A DNA stretch of 63,518 bases, filler included, from Bonamia ostreae (taxonomy: Eukaryota), in NCBI GenBank assembly GCA_040357525.1. It is 56 parts of 56 records of this genome, joined end to end, with 100 filler letters (N's around TTAATTAATTAA, not from the genome) between each part and the next. Parts side by side here need not be neighbours in the genome. Positions count along the whole stretch, not along the records: positions 40,980 to 42,013 come from JBDODL010002951.1; positions 42,114 to 43,146 come from JBDODL010002952.1; positions 43,247 to 44,279 come from JBDODL010002953.1; positions 44,380 to 45,412 come from JBDODL010002954.1; positions 45,513 to 46,545 come from JBDODL010002955.1; positions 46,646 to 47,678 come from JBDODL010002956.1; positions 47,779 to 48,811 come from JBDODL010002957.1; positions 48,912 to 49,943 come from JBDODL010002958.1; 48 more parts are not named here. One strand, written 5' to 3'. This document shows, one piece after another, positions 41,563 through 53,980 of this stretch. The notes under the pieces are model-generated. The model saw nothing but the letters and a program-made list of their open reading frames with translations. It was not told the origin of the DNA and did not search any database. How positions within the stretch are numbered: the first letter of the stretch is position 1; each line of letters opens with the position of its first letter. Position numbers and translations under genes: made by a program.

Positions 41563-42013
41563 TCACATAAGCATCACCAAAGACAACAGAGCAACAGATA
41601 AGAATCCCAATGAATTTATGTTAGCATCATCGCCAAATAAAATTTTTCTTGCTATTTTCCTTGCCAACTCTTTTGCTTTTTTATCTTCTTGAGAAGTTCT
41701 TTTGTTATCGTCAATACCTTTTGAGTTTTCATTGAAAAATTTTTTGACTTCATCTGTATCGTTTTTGATTTTATTGATATCTTTTGCAACTGTATCAATA
41801 AATTCATTTAAAAAGCGCACAGACGAATTAGTAATTTTTTTTGATTTTTCGTTTAAATATTTTTTGGCGTCATTAGTATCGTTTTTGATTTTATTGACAT
41901 CTTGTGGAATTTTATTATTAATTCCATCTATAAAGCGTTTTACAGACGAATCAATTACTTTTGATTTTTCGTTTAAATATTTTTTGGCGTCATTAGTATC
42001 GTTTTTGATTTTA
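41563..42013 (-). CDS. Helical 40-aa-repeat protein with hydrophobic C-terminus (candidate GPI-anchored surface protein), 5'-partial
   Basis: Exact 120-nt periodicity (GTTTTTGATTTTA at 41761, 41881, 42001); KIKNDT(N/D) repeats; ends DDANINSLGFLSVALLSLVMLM*. Confidence 0.7.
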
Positions 42014-44379
42014 NNNNNNNNNNNNNNNNNNNNNNNNNNNNNNNNNNNNNNNNNNNNTTAATTAATTAANNNNNNNNNNNNNNNNNNNNNNNNNNNNNNN
42101 NNNNNNNNNNNNNTTTTGTGTTATGCACTCACTTTACATATTTTATCATTGTAGTCGAGGCTCGCGGTTTGTTATTGATGTATGTTAAAATTATATTGAC
42201 AGGGATTCGTCAAGATTGCATTTTGTCACCATTCCCTGTGTATGACTTGCCTACAGAAATGTAAATCTTTGTCATCATGCGTTGGGGATAACTGTTCAAA
42301 CACTGGAATGCCTCCAACACGATATCTTGACCATTTGATGTCATCGTTAAAAGAAAAGGGGGTTTGTAGTACGAAATATCGGAACTTTGAATTTTTCTTA
42401 TCTCTTCTTGAAAGGAAGTTACGAAANNNNNNNNNNCTCCACATGAGTGAAAGATTCTGAAAAAGGACGTTAAACAATATACACTACCAATCACGAGGGT
42501 TAATATTTTAGATCAATGTTGGTACATTAGTGTTGATATTAGATAATACTAATTTGCATCATCAGAATTTTCACATATGCATAATAAAGCTGATAAAGAC
42601 AACAAAAATTCTAAACGAGTTTTACCAGTTTTAACAGTTTGTGATTTAATCCTTGCTTTATTTTGGGAAAATCTCCAGTTGGAGTAAACCCTGTAAGATT
42701 AATGGATTAATGTTTCTACATCTCCCATGCTTTCTCAAACGTTTAATGCCATTGTCTACGACCACGATACCACTCAAAAAATATCTGTGATAATTTTTCC
42801 TTTGAGGAAACTGTTTAGGGGATTTATCAAACACTTCATACCGTACATAAACTTAAAACATACTTTGCATTGACATGTATGTGAATCAATGCACACTTAT
42901 ATTGAAATCAATATTCAATATATGATCTAGTAATCATTTTTTTCAGGAGACTCCATTTCTCTTGAGGACAACTGACTCTCCAGTGGAGCCTTGGACGTGC
43001 AGTGCATGCAGAAAATCAGTATGTAAAATCTATGCGACAAGATTTAGATTCAAACAAACGAAAGGCATATTACATCTTATTTTCAACAAATATTAGTATG
43101 GTTCAGGTATTATTGCGTTATTGCTCTTTTTTACGATGAAGACATANNNNNNNNNNNNNNNNNNNNNNNNNNNNNNNNNNNNNNNNNNNNTTAATTAATT
43201 AANNNNNNNNNNNNNNNNNNNNNNNNNNNNNNNNNNNNNNNNNNNNCCATTCTAACCCGGATCCTCTCGGGATTAAATTGGAAGAAGAGCCAGCATACAT
43301 GTACTATCATGTGCGGGAATGGATGATCTTTTTGTTGTGGCCTTCGGTTCTACATATCTGCGAAATTTTCTGAGTGTTAAACAGTTTATCAACAAAAATT
43401 TCCCAAGGATTAACGACTGATTTGGGAAAGTGGAATTTCGCATCTGCATTGTGACAACGGAATATTCTCGTGCGTGACACACACGTTTAACGCTCTCTTT
43501 ATGAGTCATACTGCATCTTAGTAATGTTTTCTATGATCTATTTTTCTGTAAACAAGTAAAAGTGAAATAAATTGTGAAATGTGTGATTTTTTGTGATTGA
43601 TTTCTGCTGATCACGACAAGAGTTAATTCTAACCAATAAGAAAATAGGGAGGTCATTTGGAATGCGGAAATAATCCAGATTTATATTTTAACTGAGTTTA
43701 ATTTTTTTCTGATTTGTTGATTTGAATAGCAAAAAGAAAGAAAGAAAGAAGTATACTCTTACTCTTAGTTACAGATTGCCCTGAATATATTGCTGCTTTG
43801 AAACAAGATGAGTTAATTGCATTAGGTTTACTTTTCTGGATTATATAAGAAATTTTCAAACCCCAGTATTTCGAAATGATAGGAAAACCTTCGTTTACTT
43901 TTGTTCTGACTCTCCTCATGCTCAGGCCCAGTTATGTTAATTCTATGACGAATTGTAAGCCATTTTTTGTTTCAGGGATTTGTTTTACTCAATAATTCTA
44001 GTAAAGTTAAACCGGAGAGATAATAGTAATATCTAGACTTCGTAGTTAGAGAAAGTTTTGCCTTTGTCTGACCAGACATCTGTTGGTGGGTCAGTTTCAC
44101 AACATGGTGTGGAGCTAAGCGTCATTTATGGTTCCTTATAGAACTTATTTGAAATCAGATTTGAGTACTGGGGCACTTTTCGTAACCTACTTCTCCTATG
44201 AAAAACGTTTCCTTCTTACAAGGTATCGAATTAGCTGGTGGTGAAGTTGTATCAAATTTCGTATTTTCTGGGGAAACACNNNNNNNNNNNNNNNNNNNNN
44301 NNNNNNNNNNNNNNNNNNNNNNNTTAATTAATTAANNNNNNNNNNNNNNNNNNNNNNNNNNNNNNNNNNNNNNNNNNNN

Positions 44380-45228
44380 CAGCTCCAGCAACAATTCGAC
44401 CATGAATCTAGTAATATGAATTTTTTCAATGCGCCATCTCCCCCAGACCTCAATTCCCGCCCTCTTTCAAATCCTCAACCAATTTCTTCGCAAAACTCGC
44501 CATTCCCAAATTCAATGATATTCCAATTCTCTTCGACACGAAATCAAAACAATCCGACGCCATCAAACGCTCAATTTCAAAACAATCCGACGTCATCAAA
44601 CGCTCAATTTCAAAACAATCCGACGTCATCAAACGCTCAATATCAAAGCCATCCGTCTGGCCAAAGTTTCTTCCGTCAAACGACCTTTTCGTCTCCGTCC
44701 GGGGCGCCCATTTCATACTCGATCTCGACACGCAATTTTGGGGGCCCTATCCAAACGACGAACTCGACAACGTCGACGGGGGTACACCCCGATTTCTACG
44801 AACTCTTCAACACAGTGTTCAATCAAAGGACCGACGGAAATAACAGAAACAATGAATTTTCGTTTCCAAACTTGTTCGAAGGCAATTTTGAGCGTATTTT
44901 CGAGTACTTTCGGTCGGTTGGCGCTCGCGACGGAAATCAAATGCAGCCGGCGACAGAACACGACATCGAAAATTTGCCTTCGTTCGTTGTAGACAAAAAG
45001 ATGGCTGAGAGTTTGACTTCGCAAAAATGTGTTTTTTGCATGGAGCAAATGGTAGAAAAGGAGGAAGTGAGGCGATTGCCGTGTTTGCATGTTTTCCACA
45101 AGAAAGAAATCGATCAATGGCTAAAGATCAACAAAGTGTGCCCAGTTTGTAAAGCGGCGATCGATTCTTCCGACCGAAGTCAAGAGCAGCAGCGAGGACA
45201 AGGACAGACCGGACAAAGGCAAAACTGA
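44380..45228 (+). CDS. RING-H2-type E3 ligase (RNF115/126-like layout) with variant Zn ligand; frame open to contig start
   Basis: PATEHDIENLP..CVFCMEQM..VRRLPCLHVFHKKEIDQWL..CPVC; low-complexity N-terminus with 3x 33-nt repeat (NNPTSSNAQFQ). Confidence 0.9.
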   Translation, partial: QLQQQFDHESSNMNFFNAPSPPDLNSRPLSNPQPISSQNSPFPNSMIFQFSSTRNQNNPTPSNAQFQNNPTSSNAQFQNNPTSSNAQYQSHPSGQSFFRQTTFSSPSGAPISYSISTRNFGGPIQTTNSTTSTGVHPDFYELFNTVFNQRTDGNNRNNEFSFPNLFEGNFERIFEYFRSVGARDGNQMQPATEHDIENLPSFVVDKKMAESLTSQKCVFCMEQMVEKEEVRRLPCLHVFHKKEIDQWLKINKVCPVCKAAIDSSDRSQEQQRGQGQTGQRQN

Positions 45229-45257
45229 CAAAAAATTTTGTGTTTCAAACTTTTTTG

Positions 45258-45412
45258 TTTATTTGCAAAAATTGAACAAAATCAATAGATTGCAAAAATA
45301 TCTTCGCTTTATTTGCAAAAATTGATTAAAATCGATCAATTGCAAAAATATCTTCGCTTTATTTGCAAAAATTGAACAAAATCAATAGATTGCAAAAATA
45401 TCTTCGCTTTAT
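45258..45412. repeat. 50-nt tandem repeat x3 downstream of the RING gene
   Basis: ATTTGCAAAAATTGA..AAAATC.AT..ATTGCAAAAATATCTTCGCTTT at 45261, 45311, 45361. Confidence 0.9.
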
Positions 45413-46689
45413 NNNNNNNNNNNNNNNNNNNNNNNNNNNNNNNNNNNNNNNNNNNNTTAATTAATTAANNNNNNNNNNNNNNNNNNNNNNNNNNNNNNNN
45501 NNNNNNNNNNNNTAACAAAAAGAAGAAAAATTAACAAAAGATAAAGCTTTTTTGGAAACACGATCATTTTCAGAAATTTTCTTTTGGATAATCACAATTT
45601 CTTCGATAATAATATTTCTGGTAATCTTGCTGTTGACCATATTTAATTTGATTTGCTTCAAAATTAAATAAATTTTAATGTTCATTTTTTTATTTTTAAA
45701 AATGTCAATCAAATATTAACAATTTCGATAAAAATGAATTTCTGTAATTTGAAAATTGCCGAAAAATAAAGAAAATTTAGCCAGAATTGTTGCCCGATTT
45801 TTAAAAAATCGCCATATTTTTTAAAATAACATTATTTTGTGAAATTGATAAAATAACCGGATTCGAAAAATAATGAAATTTGGCCACAAAATAAAAAATC
45901 GACAAGTCGCTGAATGGCGAAAGAAATATTGCCATTATTCGCGTCTCAAAAAATATTTAAAAAATATTATCAAATCCTCTAAAAGAGACGATTTTTATAA
46001 AAAGTTTTTTTTTGATTTTGTAACAAATTATTTTTTCTGATTTTTGCAATTTAAAATTTTGTAAACAAAAAATATTGACATTTTAAAAATAAGCAAAACT
46101 ATTTGTTTGGAAAAAATCGACGATATTTTTAATGACGAAAAACAATTATTGTCAAATGAAACCAATTTTCTGGAAAACTTTGAAATGAATAAAATTGATA
46201 TTGATGAAAATTTTTTATTTTCAGATTTGATCGATTTCAATGTTTTTTTCTAACAATTTTAAAAAATTTTTTATTTTCACTTTTTAAAATTGTTAACATA
46301 AAAATTTTGGTTTTTTGTTCATCTGGCTAATTTTTAAATTTTAATTTAGAAAATAAGCGAAATTTTTCGAAAAGAAGAAAAATCTTTTTTCGATGAATTA
46401 AGTGCTCAATTCATTAAATCGAATTGTTTTTTCATTCAAAAGTTAACTGAATTCAAAATGCAAATAAATCATCTTTCTTCAAAACTTGGACACAATTTTG
46501 ACATTTTGGCCAAATATGGTCAAAATTTTGCAAAGGACAGCGAAANNNNNNNNNNNNNNNNNNNNNNNNNNNNNNNNNNNNNNNNNNNNTTAATTAATTA
46601 ANNNNNNNNNNNNNNNNNNNNNNNNNNNNNNNNNNNNNNNNNNNNGACATGTTTTGCCTCCGTTGCACCATCCTCCGAGCATGGTTATT

Positions 46690-46910
46690 TTTAAAATCGC
46701 AATTTTTGCAATTTTCAGCAAAATCATTAATCGTTAATTTTTTCAATCGCTAATTTTTGCAATTTTCAGCAAAATCATTAATCGTTAATTTTTGAAATCA
46801 CTAATTTTTGCAATTTTCAGCAAAAATCATTAATCACTAATTTTTGAAATCGCTAATTTTTGCAATTTTCAGCAAAACCATTAATCACTAATTTTTGAAA
46901 TCGCTAAAAA
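46690..46910. repeat. Tandem repeat (~54 nt, ~4 copies), probably intronic
   Basis: AATCGCTAATTTTTGCAATTTTCAGCAAAATCATTAATC.. repeated between a GT and an AG. Confidence 0.85.
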
Positions 46911-47121
46911 ATTGAAGAGCCAAGAACAATGGAATGAAGTTCTCGATCAGAAGATAAAAAATCTGGTAGAGGAAAACAAACAAGAAAACTGATTGTCAAA
47001 TCGATAAATTTAATTTTACAATTTTGTCAAATCAAAAAATTCAGTTTATGCAAACCCAATAAATTTACGCTAATCCAATAAAAATTAACCATTTCTTAAA
47101 ACTACACATAAAATTTAGCTT

Positions 47122-47678
47122 ATGGAATCCATTCCGTGTCCTGACAGATTAATTGACGATTGCGGGGGCGCTTTTATAATGGGCGCGGTCGGTTCTGGGA
47201 TTTGGAATTATTTTAAGGGATACAGAAACACCCCCAAAAACAAAAGAAAATGGTTTTCGAAAATGAGAGGGTCGTTCCAGGCCATTAGACAAAACGCGCC
47301 TCGAACGGGCGGCGCTTTTGCGATTTGGGGATTCACCTTTTCTGCGTTCGATTGCTTTATTTCGAAGCAAAGAAAAAAAGAAGATCCTTGGAACGCCATT
47401 ATGTCCGGAGCTTTAACGGGCGGAGTTTTGTCGATAAAGCGTTTAAGCAAACTTAATATAAAGAGGGCAGACGGGCAATGGTCACCGGGACGATAATAGG
47501 AGGTGTGTTTTTGGCAATGATCGAGGGCGGCTCTCTTTTGTATTCCAATTACGCGAACAAAAACGAAGACCAAATTGTTTTGATTCTGATTTTTAGCAAA
47601 AGAAAGATCAGACGCCGTACTCCAACCGGTCTGTCCAAGGAGAGCAAAAGGTGTCGTTTAATCAGGCTTCCGAGTATT
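47122..47678 (+). CDS. TIM17: Mitochondrial inner-membrane translocase TIM17
   Basis: PCPDRLIDDCGGAFIMG..APRTGGAFAIWG..FDC..RKKEDPWNAIMSGALTGG; 23-nt intron 47441-47463 restores ..GRRAMVTGTIIGGVFLAMIEG; probable 20-nt intron 47577-47596. Confidence 0.95.
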
Positions 47679-47896
47679 NNNNNNNNNNNNNNNNNNNNNN
47701 NNNNNNNNNNNNNNNNNNNNNNTTAATTAATTAANNNNNNNNNNNNNNNNNNNNNNNNNNNNNNNNNNNNNNNNNNNNAAAAAATTGATTTCCCTTAAAA
47801 TTATCAAAAAAATAAATTGGATTTTAAATGATATCAAACTTTAATCAATTATATCGAAAAAATCCTAACAATATTTAAAGCTTTTGTAATGACTAG

Positions 47897-48677
47897 TTTC
47901 ACAAAAACACGATCGAGTTTGCATCGTGGAGGTACAAAACAGGTCGTTTGATTGCGCCTGGAAAATTGAGCAGACTGAGAAACTGCCTTTTAGTTTTCCA
48001 AGGGATCCCCGGGCTTGGCAAAACGACATTGTCGCTAAACTTGAAAAAGCGATTTGGGAAGGAAGGCCTCAAAACAATCGCTCTCGAACAAGATGCTCTC
48101 ACAGAGCAATATGGCCTCAAAAAATCCGGGGCAATGTGCATAAAAAAACTGAAAGAGCTTATAAATAGCCGAAAATTTAAAGCTGTTTTTTTAATGCGAA
48201 ACAATTCTTGTTATGAGCAATTTGTGAAGTATGCCGAAGTTGCGAAAAGTTTTGGGTGGGACGTGCACGTTTTCTATCCGGAATTCTTGTCGTCTTCTTT
48301 GCACCTTCTTTTCGTCTGTCTTCAAAGTGTATATCAAAGGTCGTTTAAGGGCGACCATCCGACTTTTAAGGTTTGTTTATAAAATCGTCGTTGCGATTAC
48401 AAAAAGTCGGTTCCGATAAAACGTCAAATTGAAATAACTCTTTCGTTTTTCGCTTGTTTCAGAAGAGCGAAAGAATCTGCGACAGTTGATTCGGTTTCGA
48501 GCATTCAATGGATTTCGCCGAATGCGGTGGAAAACAAAATGAGCGTGAAGCCGCGCAGAAGAGAAGCTGAGTATCTTCGTTGTTTGGTGAAAATGTATTT
48601 GAATTCCGATTCTCCGTTTTCTGTTTCGATTTCGGAGCATTCTTTTGACGTTTTGTCCTTGTTAGGAATCAAAACAG
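47897..48677 (+). CDS. P-loop polynucleotide-kinase domain resembling that of Trl1-type tRNA ligases, internal exons
   Basis: LLVFQGIPGLGKTT, ALEQD, AVFLMRNN, SVYQR..GDHPT; 36-nt intron 48371-48406 leads to a further open exon ending at the GT at 48678. Confidence 0.55.
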
Positions 48678-50097
48678 GTTTCAATTTTTGATTTTTTTTT
48701 GCAAATTTTTGATTTTTCTTTTTAAATCTTCGATTTTTTTTTTAAATTTGATTTCTTTAAATATCAATTTTCGATTTTTTTTGCAAATTTTCGATTTTTC
48801 TTTTTAAATCTNNNNNNNNNNNNNNNNNNNNNNNNNNNNNNNNNNNNNNNNNNNNTTAATTAATTAANNNNNNNNNNNNNNNNNNNNNNNNNNNNNNNNN
48901 NNNNNNNNNNNAGTCTGCACCGCACAACGTTGTACAGTTCATATCTTTCGAAACCTTTTCATATTCATATTCAGAGGTAGGACAATCCCAAACAATCTTG
49001 TCTTTCACTGCAGAGCAAACATTCTCCTGATCAAAATATAAATTGGTATTACAATCTTGATGCATTTTACATTTTGCTGCCATTCAATAATTACGTTGCA
49101 TTGGTTTAATCATGAATTATCACAAACCAAGAAACTCTTCAAAATGATAAGAATTTAGCGTTTTATCAATATAGTTATTTATAAAATCAACGATTTTACC
49201 ATCATAACGTAACATAGTTCTTACATTAGTAAATTAAAGAATTGGTTATTAACTATGAGTAAATTAGATTATCTAAGTTTTACTACCGTAAATCCCAAGC
49301 TTTGAAAAGAATTGAATAGACAATGAAAATGCTTGCATAAAGTTTGACAAATTGGTGCTTTGTGAATGTCGATATCCAGTATTTTTCGAAGTAAAAAGTT
49401 TCCATTATAACTGTAATTTCACTCTGGTGTTAGAGCTCCTTGCCCATGGGCTAAGCTAAAGAGGATTACCCAGAACCCTGTATGTTGGAAGGGTGGTTGT
49501 GGCCCTTTGTTCCCCAGGGAACCCAAGGGATTAAGTCAGGCAAGTCAAGTTAAAGGTCGTTGAATTTGTTTGAATTAATTTGAATTTTCAAAATTATGTT
49601 TGTTGCGACATTTCTAAATTGCTTAAACATCGAGTTGACAAAGTGTTGAAAACACCTACACTGTACTCAACTATTGCGTTATTATACTGAGGTACACACT
49701 AACATTTAAAGTATGATAACCCACAGGGTCAGTAACTGCACATTCCCCCTAGTCCTATTGATGAATTGTTCAGTTGTCCGACAATCGAAAGCTTCTTGAT
49801 GAGGTGCAAAACCACGAGGGGTGGATGCGGGAGGGATTATCCCTTCTCCTGTTGGGGGTTTGATAAGAGTTGATTTTTGCGCTGATTGACATTATTAGAT
49901 AACACACTCTCAGTTAGCAAGGGATAGTTTCGAACTATAGACCNNNNNNNNNNNNNNNNNNNNNNNNNNNNNNNNNNNNNNNNNNNNTTAATTAATTAAN
50001 NNNNNNNNNNNNNNNNNNNNNNNNNNNNNNNNNNNNNNNNNNNCAATTTCTTTTATTATCAAAAATAAAATTTTGATCAAAACAAACAAATGTCTAG

Positions 50098-51075
50098 CTT
50101 ACGTTCCCGACGATTACGATCCGCTCTCAAATCCAGACACTGAACGCATTTCGACTGTGCGGCTCTCAGACGAAACGCAAGCAAGCGCTCTGCCCAATCA
50201 ACGCCAATTCGTTCGCTCGTTAGCCGAAACGGGCACTGAGCAACCATCCGAGGACAAAGGTCCAACAGTAAAAGCAGTTCCTTTGAGAGCCGAATTGTTT
50301 TGCAGTTTGTGTGGAGAGCCTTTTATAAACGCGGTAATGACAGTTTGTTGCTTTAAAACTTTCTGTGACGTTTGCGTTCGTCTCCATTTACTCGCAGAAA
50401 AAAGTTGTCCTTCGTGCAAGTTTTTTTAAGTTTGCAATTTTTGGATATTTTTACTTTTTAATTCTGTCATTTTTTTGCAATTTTTATTGTTTCTTGAAAA
50501 TTTATTTATTTTACAACTTTATCAAATCGCTTTTTTTGCAATTTTTATTGTTTCTTGAAAAATTTATTTATTTTGCAATTTTATCAAATCGCTTTTTTTT
50601 GCAATTTTTATTGTTTCTTGAAAAATTTATTTATTTTACAATTTTATCAAATCGCTTTTTTTTTTTGCAATTTTTTTATAAAAATTGAGATCGGAGAAAT
50701 GCAACAAATCCGATTTGAAACCAAACAAAATCTTCCAAAAAGCAGTCGACGACTACATTGAACAATTCCCTGAAAAAGCAAACTCGCGAATAGCAAAGTA
50801 TCTGAACATCGACAACGACGTAATCAACAAAAATCCACGTTTTGTCGAAAAAATTTAGAATTGAATCCCGAAATGGCAAACCCCTTTTTAAACGAAAACG
50901 CCATTTTGCAGAACGCGCCGAGAAACATTTATCCCAACAAAGCGTGTTATCGCTGTGGCGATCATGGCCATCTTGCAATCCATTGCACTGTTTATCCAAA
51001 CAAAAGAAGAAGACATTTTCGATCGCGATCCAGATCAACGTCCAAAAGAAGATCGTACAGCAGAGAACGCGGTCA
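50098..51075 (+). CDS. RBBP6/Mpe1-like protein (RING + CCHC knuckle + RS region), partial
   Basis: ELFCSLCGEPFINAVMTVCCFKTFCDVCVR..CPSC; after a repeat-filled intron LKPNKIFQKAVDDY; 20-nt intron 50839-50858; CYRCGDHGHLAIHC; RSRSRS. Confidence 0.7.
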
Positions 51076-51260
51076 NNNNNNNNNNNNNNNNNNNNNNNNN
51101 NNNNNNNNNNNNNNNNNNNTTAATTAATTAANNNNNNNNNNNNNNNNNNNNNNNNNNNNNNNNNNNNNNNNNNNNTTTTCAAAATTAAAAGAACAAGTGA
51201 ACAGCTTTTTCAAAATTTATTAAATTGAACAGCTTTTTCAAAAAAGATAACAATAAAAGG

Positions 51261-52207
51261 TCATCCAAAAACTTGTACGCGCACTTTACTCTCCAAGTTG
51301 TCCCCGAATTTGAAATTTTCCAACAACCTCAAAATGAACCAGTGCGGAACGCGGGGATTGCCTTCTTTCCTCAAATGAACCATCACTGCTTCGACCAACG
51401 CCACGAACACCGACTTGAGCACAAAAATTCGACTCGGACTCAACTCGACAGCGTGGCGCGCAACAGCCGCAACCATTTTGGCCAGTTCCTCGCTGTTTCT
51501 GAGACCAAAGCTCCCTCCGTTTTTCGTTTGGTCCGTCTCAGACAAATCTAGTACGACTTTGATTAGCTTGCAAACAAATCTTCTGTCTGACAGTCTCTTC
51601 AGCAAATTCTCGCTCGTCGCAAATTCTGCTTCGCCTCCAAACCGTTTAATAGATTTCTGCCATTCTATTAAGAGCATTTTGGCTTCCGCTCTATCTTCAA
51701 TTTTGGAAACTTCCAAATCTGTTTTTTCCCGCTCTTTCGGTTTTTGTTCTTTTGGCTTTGTCTTCACTTCTTTGTGCAAAGAAAACAATTTCATGTCTTT
51801 CTCAGATGTGCCAGAATTGTCTTTTTTTGCGTATTCCGGTAAATTTGGGTTTTCCGAATCAGTTTTTGGCGATTTGGATTCTGCCGAGAGTCGGCTGTAA
51901 AGTCGTTCGATTTTGATAAAGTATTCAAAAGCGGCTCCGTCGATATTATTTCTTTGGTACTTCCCCTTTGCGATATCACAGAAAACAGAGAAGATCTTGG
52001 GGAAGTCATCTTTCTCGAGTTTTTTCTCTGCGACGACCAGAATGTTGAAAAAGCACGCGGCAAAGTAGACGGACCGCATGTGCAGCAATGGTCTTTTACT
52101 TGTCATCGATTGGGAAAAGTAAGAGTCGACAAGGGAGAGGTCCAAAAGCTTGTTTTGGATCATTGCGATGAATATGTTCAGATCAAACTTGTTGTAGTCT
52201 TTTTCTT
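51261..52207 (-). CDS. Uncharacterised helical protein, long exon (~300 aa), protist
   Basis: Long open frame with protist-like composition; no motif recognised. Confidence 0.6.
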
Positions 52208-52607
52208 NNNNNNNNNNNNNNNNNNNNNNNNNNNNNNNNNNNNNNNNNNNNTTAATTAATTAANNNNNNNNNNNNNNNNNNNNNNNNNNNNNNNNNNNNN
52301 NNNNNNNTGTACGTCGTGATGTACTTTTATATTGCAACGACATATACTGTGAAAAGAACTGATATACATTTTGTGATTTTTTTTCAGGACACCTTAACTA
52401 CGCTGCGTTTGGAAAGGAAGTAAATGAAAACACTTCAAAATGTTTTAATACTTGAGAGAAATATCAAGTGGATGGTATATCGATAATGTTAGTTATGAAA
52501 TGTGTCGTGTTTAAAAGAAATTCTTTAAATCCTTGTTAACTCTATGCTATGTTGAAAAAGTGAATGCATTTATTCATTTGAAACTTAACATTTTAAGATG
52601 TAATGAA

Positions 52608-53010
52608 ATGGACCAAATTGGACATCTTGGTGCACTGTCCACATTTTTGTGCATCCTGGTTGTAGACAGTGTAAGTAGATTTGAATAAGGCACATCAGCC
52701 GTCTATATAAATTTATTAGTACAATATTATATAATTCCTTGTATATTACTGATGATTATATTCCATTATGTTAACGTCTTTCAGATCACCGATACCCAGT
52801 ATTGCTCCTGGTCAGCCAGAACTGTTAGTTTTGTCAGTGTTTGTCCATCAGAGGAAGAAAGTACTCAGCGGCAGATACAGGTCAAAAAATGTGTAGCGCT
52901 TTCCTCGAGGCAAAATTGCACTACGCCGGCAAAATTCAAATATCATTGCTTAGCAAGCAATATTCCAGGCAAATTAGTAGAGGTTTGCACCACTGAAACG
53001 GAAATTTTTG
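52608..53010 (+). CDS. Host secreted/membrane protein with Cys-rich N-terminal domain (two exons); related fragments near 21480-21560 (+) and 48912-49030 (-)
   Basis: Signal-like exon 52608-52670 (GTAAGT donor), exon 52785-53010 YC..VSVCP..KKC..QNC..FKYHC..LVEVC..IFG (GTGAGT donor), a pattern I recognise from expanded oyster families. Confidence 0.6.
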
Positions 53011-53464
53011 GTGAGTATGCAATATCTGCTAATTATGATATATCTGCAGATCAATAGCTGTCTGGGAAAATATTGGGGCAGACCAGGGAAAGCTACATAT
53101 CTATTTATTCTTTATTGAAATATTTGTATTTCGGTGCAAGTTTTTCAGTGCATGAATAAATCTTACAGCGCAGTCTTCTTGCATCGCCGCCTCATGGATG
53201 TAATACAAATACAGATTTTCACATTGCTCGTCTCCAAACGTACCTTGAAACATTCATATACACCTATGCAAAGCAAACATTCACAGCTTTAACTGATTGT
53301 GTTGCATGGTTATGCTAAGTAACTAATACAGCGATATTTNNNNNNNNNNNNNNNNNNNNNNNNNNNNNNNNNNNNNNNNNNNNTTAATTAATTAANNNNN
53401 NNNNNNNNNNNNNNNNNNNNNNNNNNNNNNNNNNNNNNNAAAACGATTTAATTAGAATAGAAAC

Positions 53465-53837
53465 CAATCCAAACTATAATATCTTTAAGCAATAACGTAA
53501 CATCAAAATTTTCACTATTCTTAAACGAAATATTTCCAAAATTTGATTTTTCGGCAACTTTTTTGGCCGAAGATGTTTTTTCTTCGCCGATTATAAAAAT
53601 TCCCGGAAATTCTGTTTTTAAAGCACTTTCGATGATTTCCTGTGATTTTATGTCAGCTTCTGTACACGGATCGAAAGATTTAACACGACGACCAAAATTT
53701 TGATTAAACGATTTGTCAAATGTCTTAAAGCCATTTTTGTGAATTTTTATTATTTCTTTTCCAGCTTTTTCTGCCGAAAAAATGCAAACTGACAACAAAT
53801 TTGATAATTTGATATTTTTGGGTTGTAATAATTCCAT
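53465..53837 (-). CDS. Inositol monophosphatase superfamily, BPNT1-like 3'(2'),5'-bisphosphate nucleotidase, first exon
   Basis: AEKAGKEI, DPCTEADIKSQEII..FPGIFIIGEE, DIIVWI then GT donor where DPLDGT is expected. Confidence 0.85.
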
Positions 53838-53980
53838 TAATTTTTATTAAAATTTAGGCTAAAAAAATAGACTATCTAAAATATAAACTTTTCTCGAAAA
53901 TGCATTTTATAAATTTTCATATTTTCAGACAAATTTTCAAAAATATTTCGTTTTTAAAAAATTAGCCAAATCTAAAATTT

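Noticed and set aside
51415-51900. Long antisense ORFs (also 11590-11913, 41702-42061, 47208-47573)
   Set aside because: Shadows of real genes on the opposite strand with no motifs of their own
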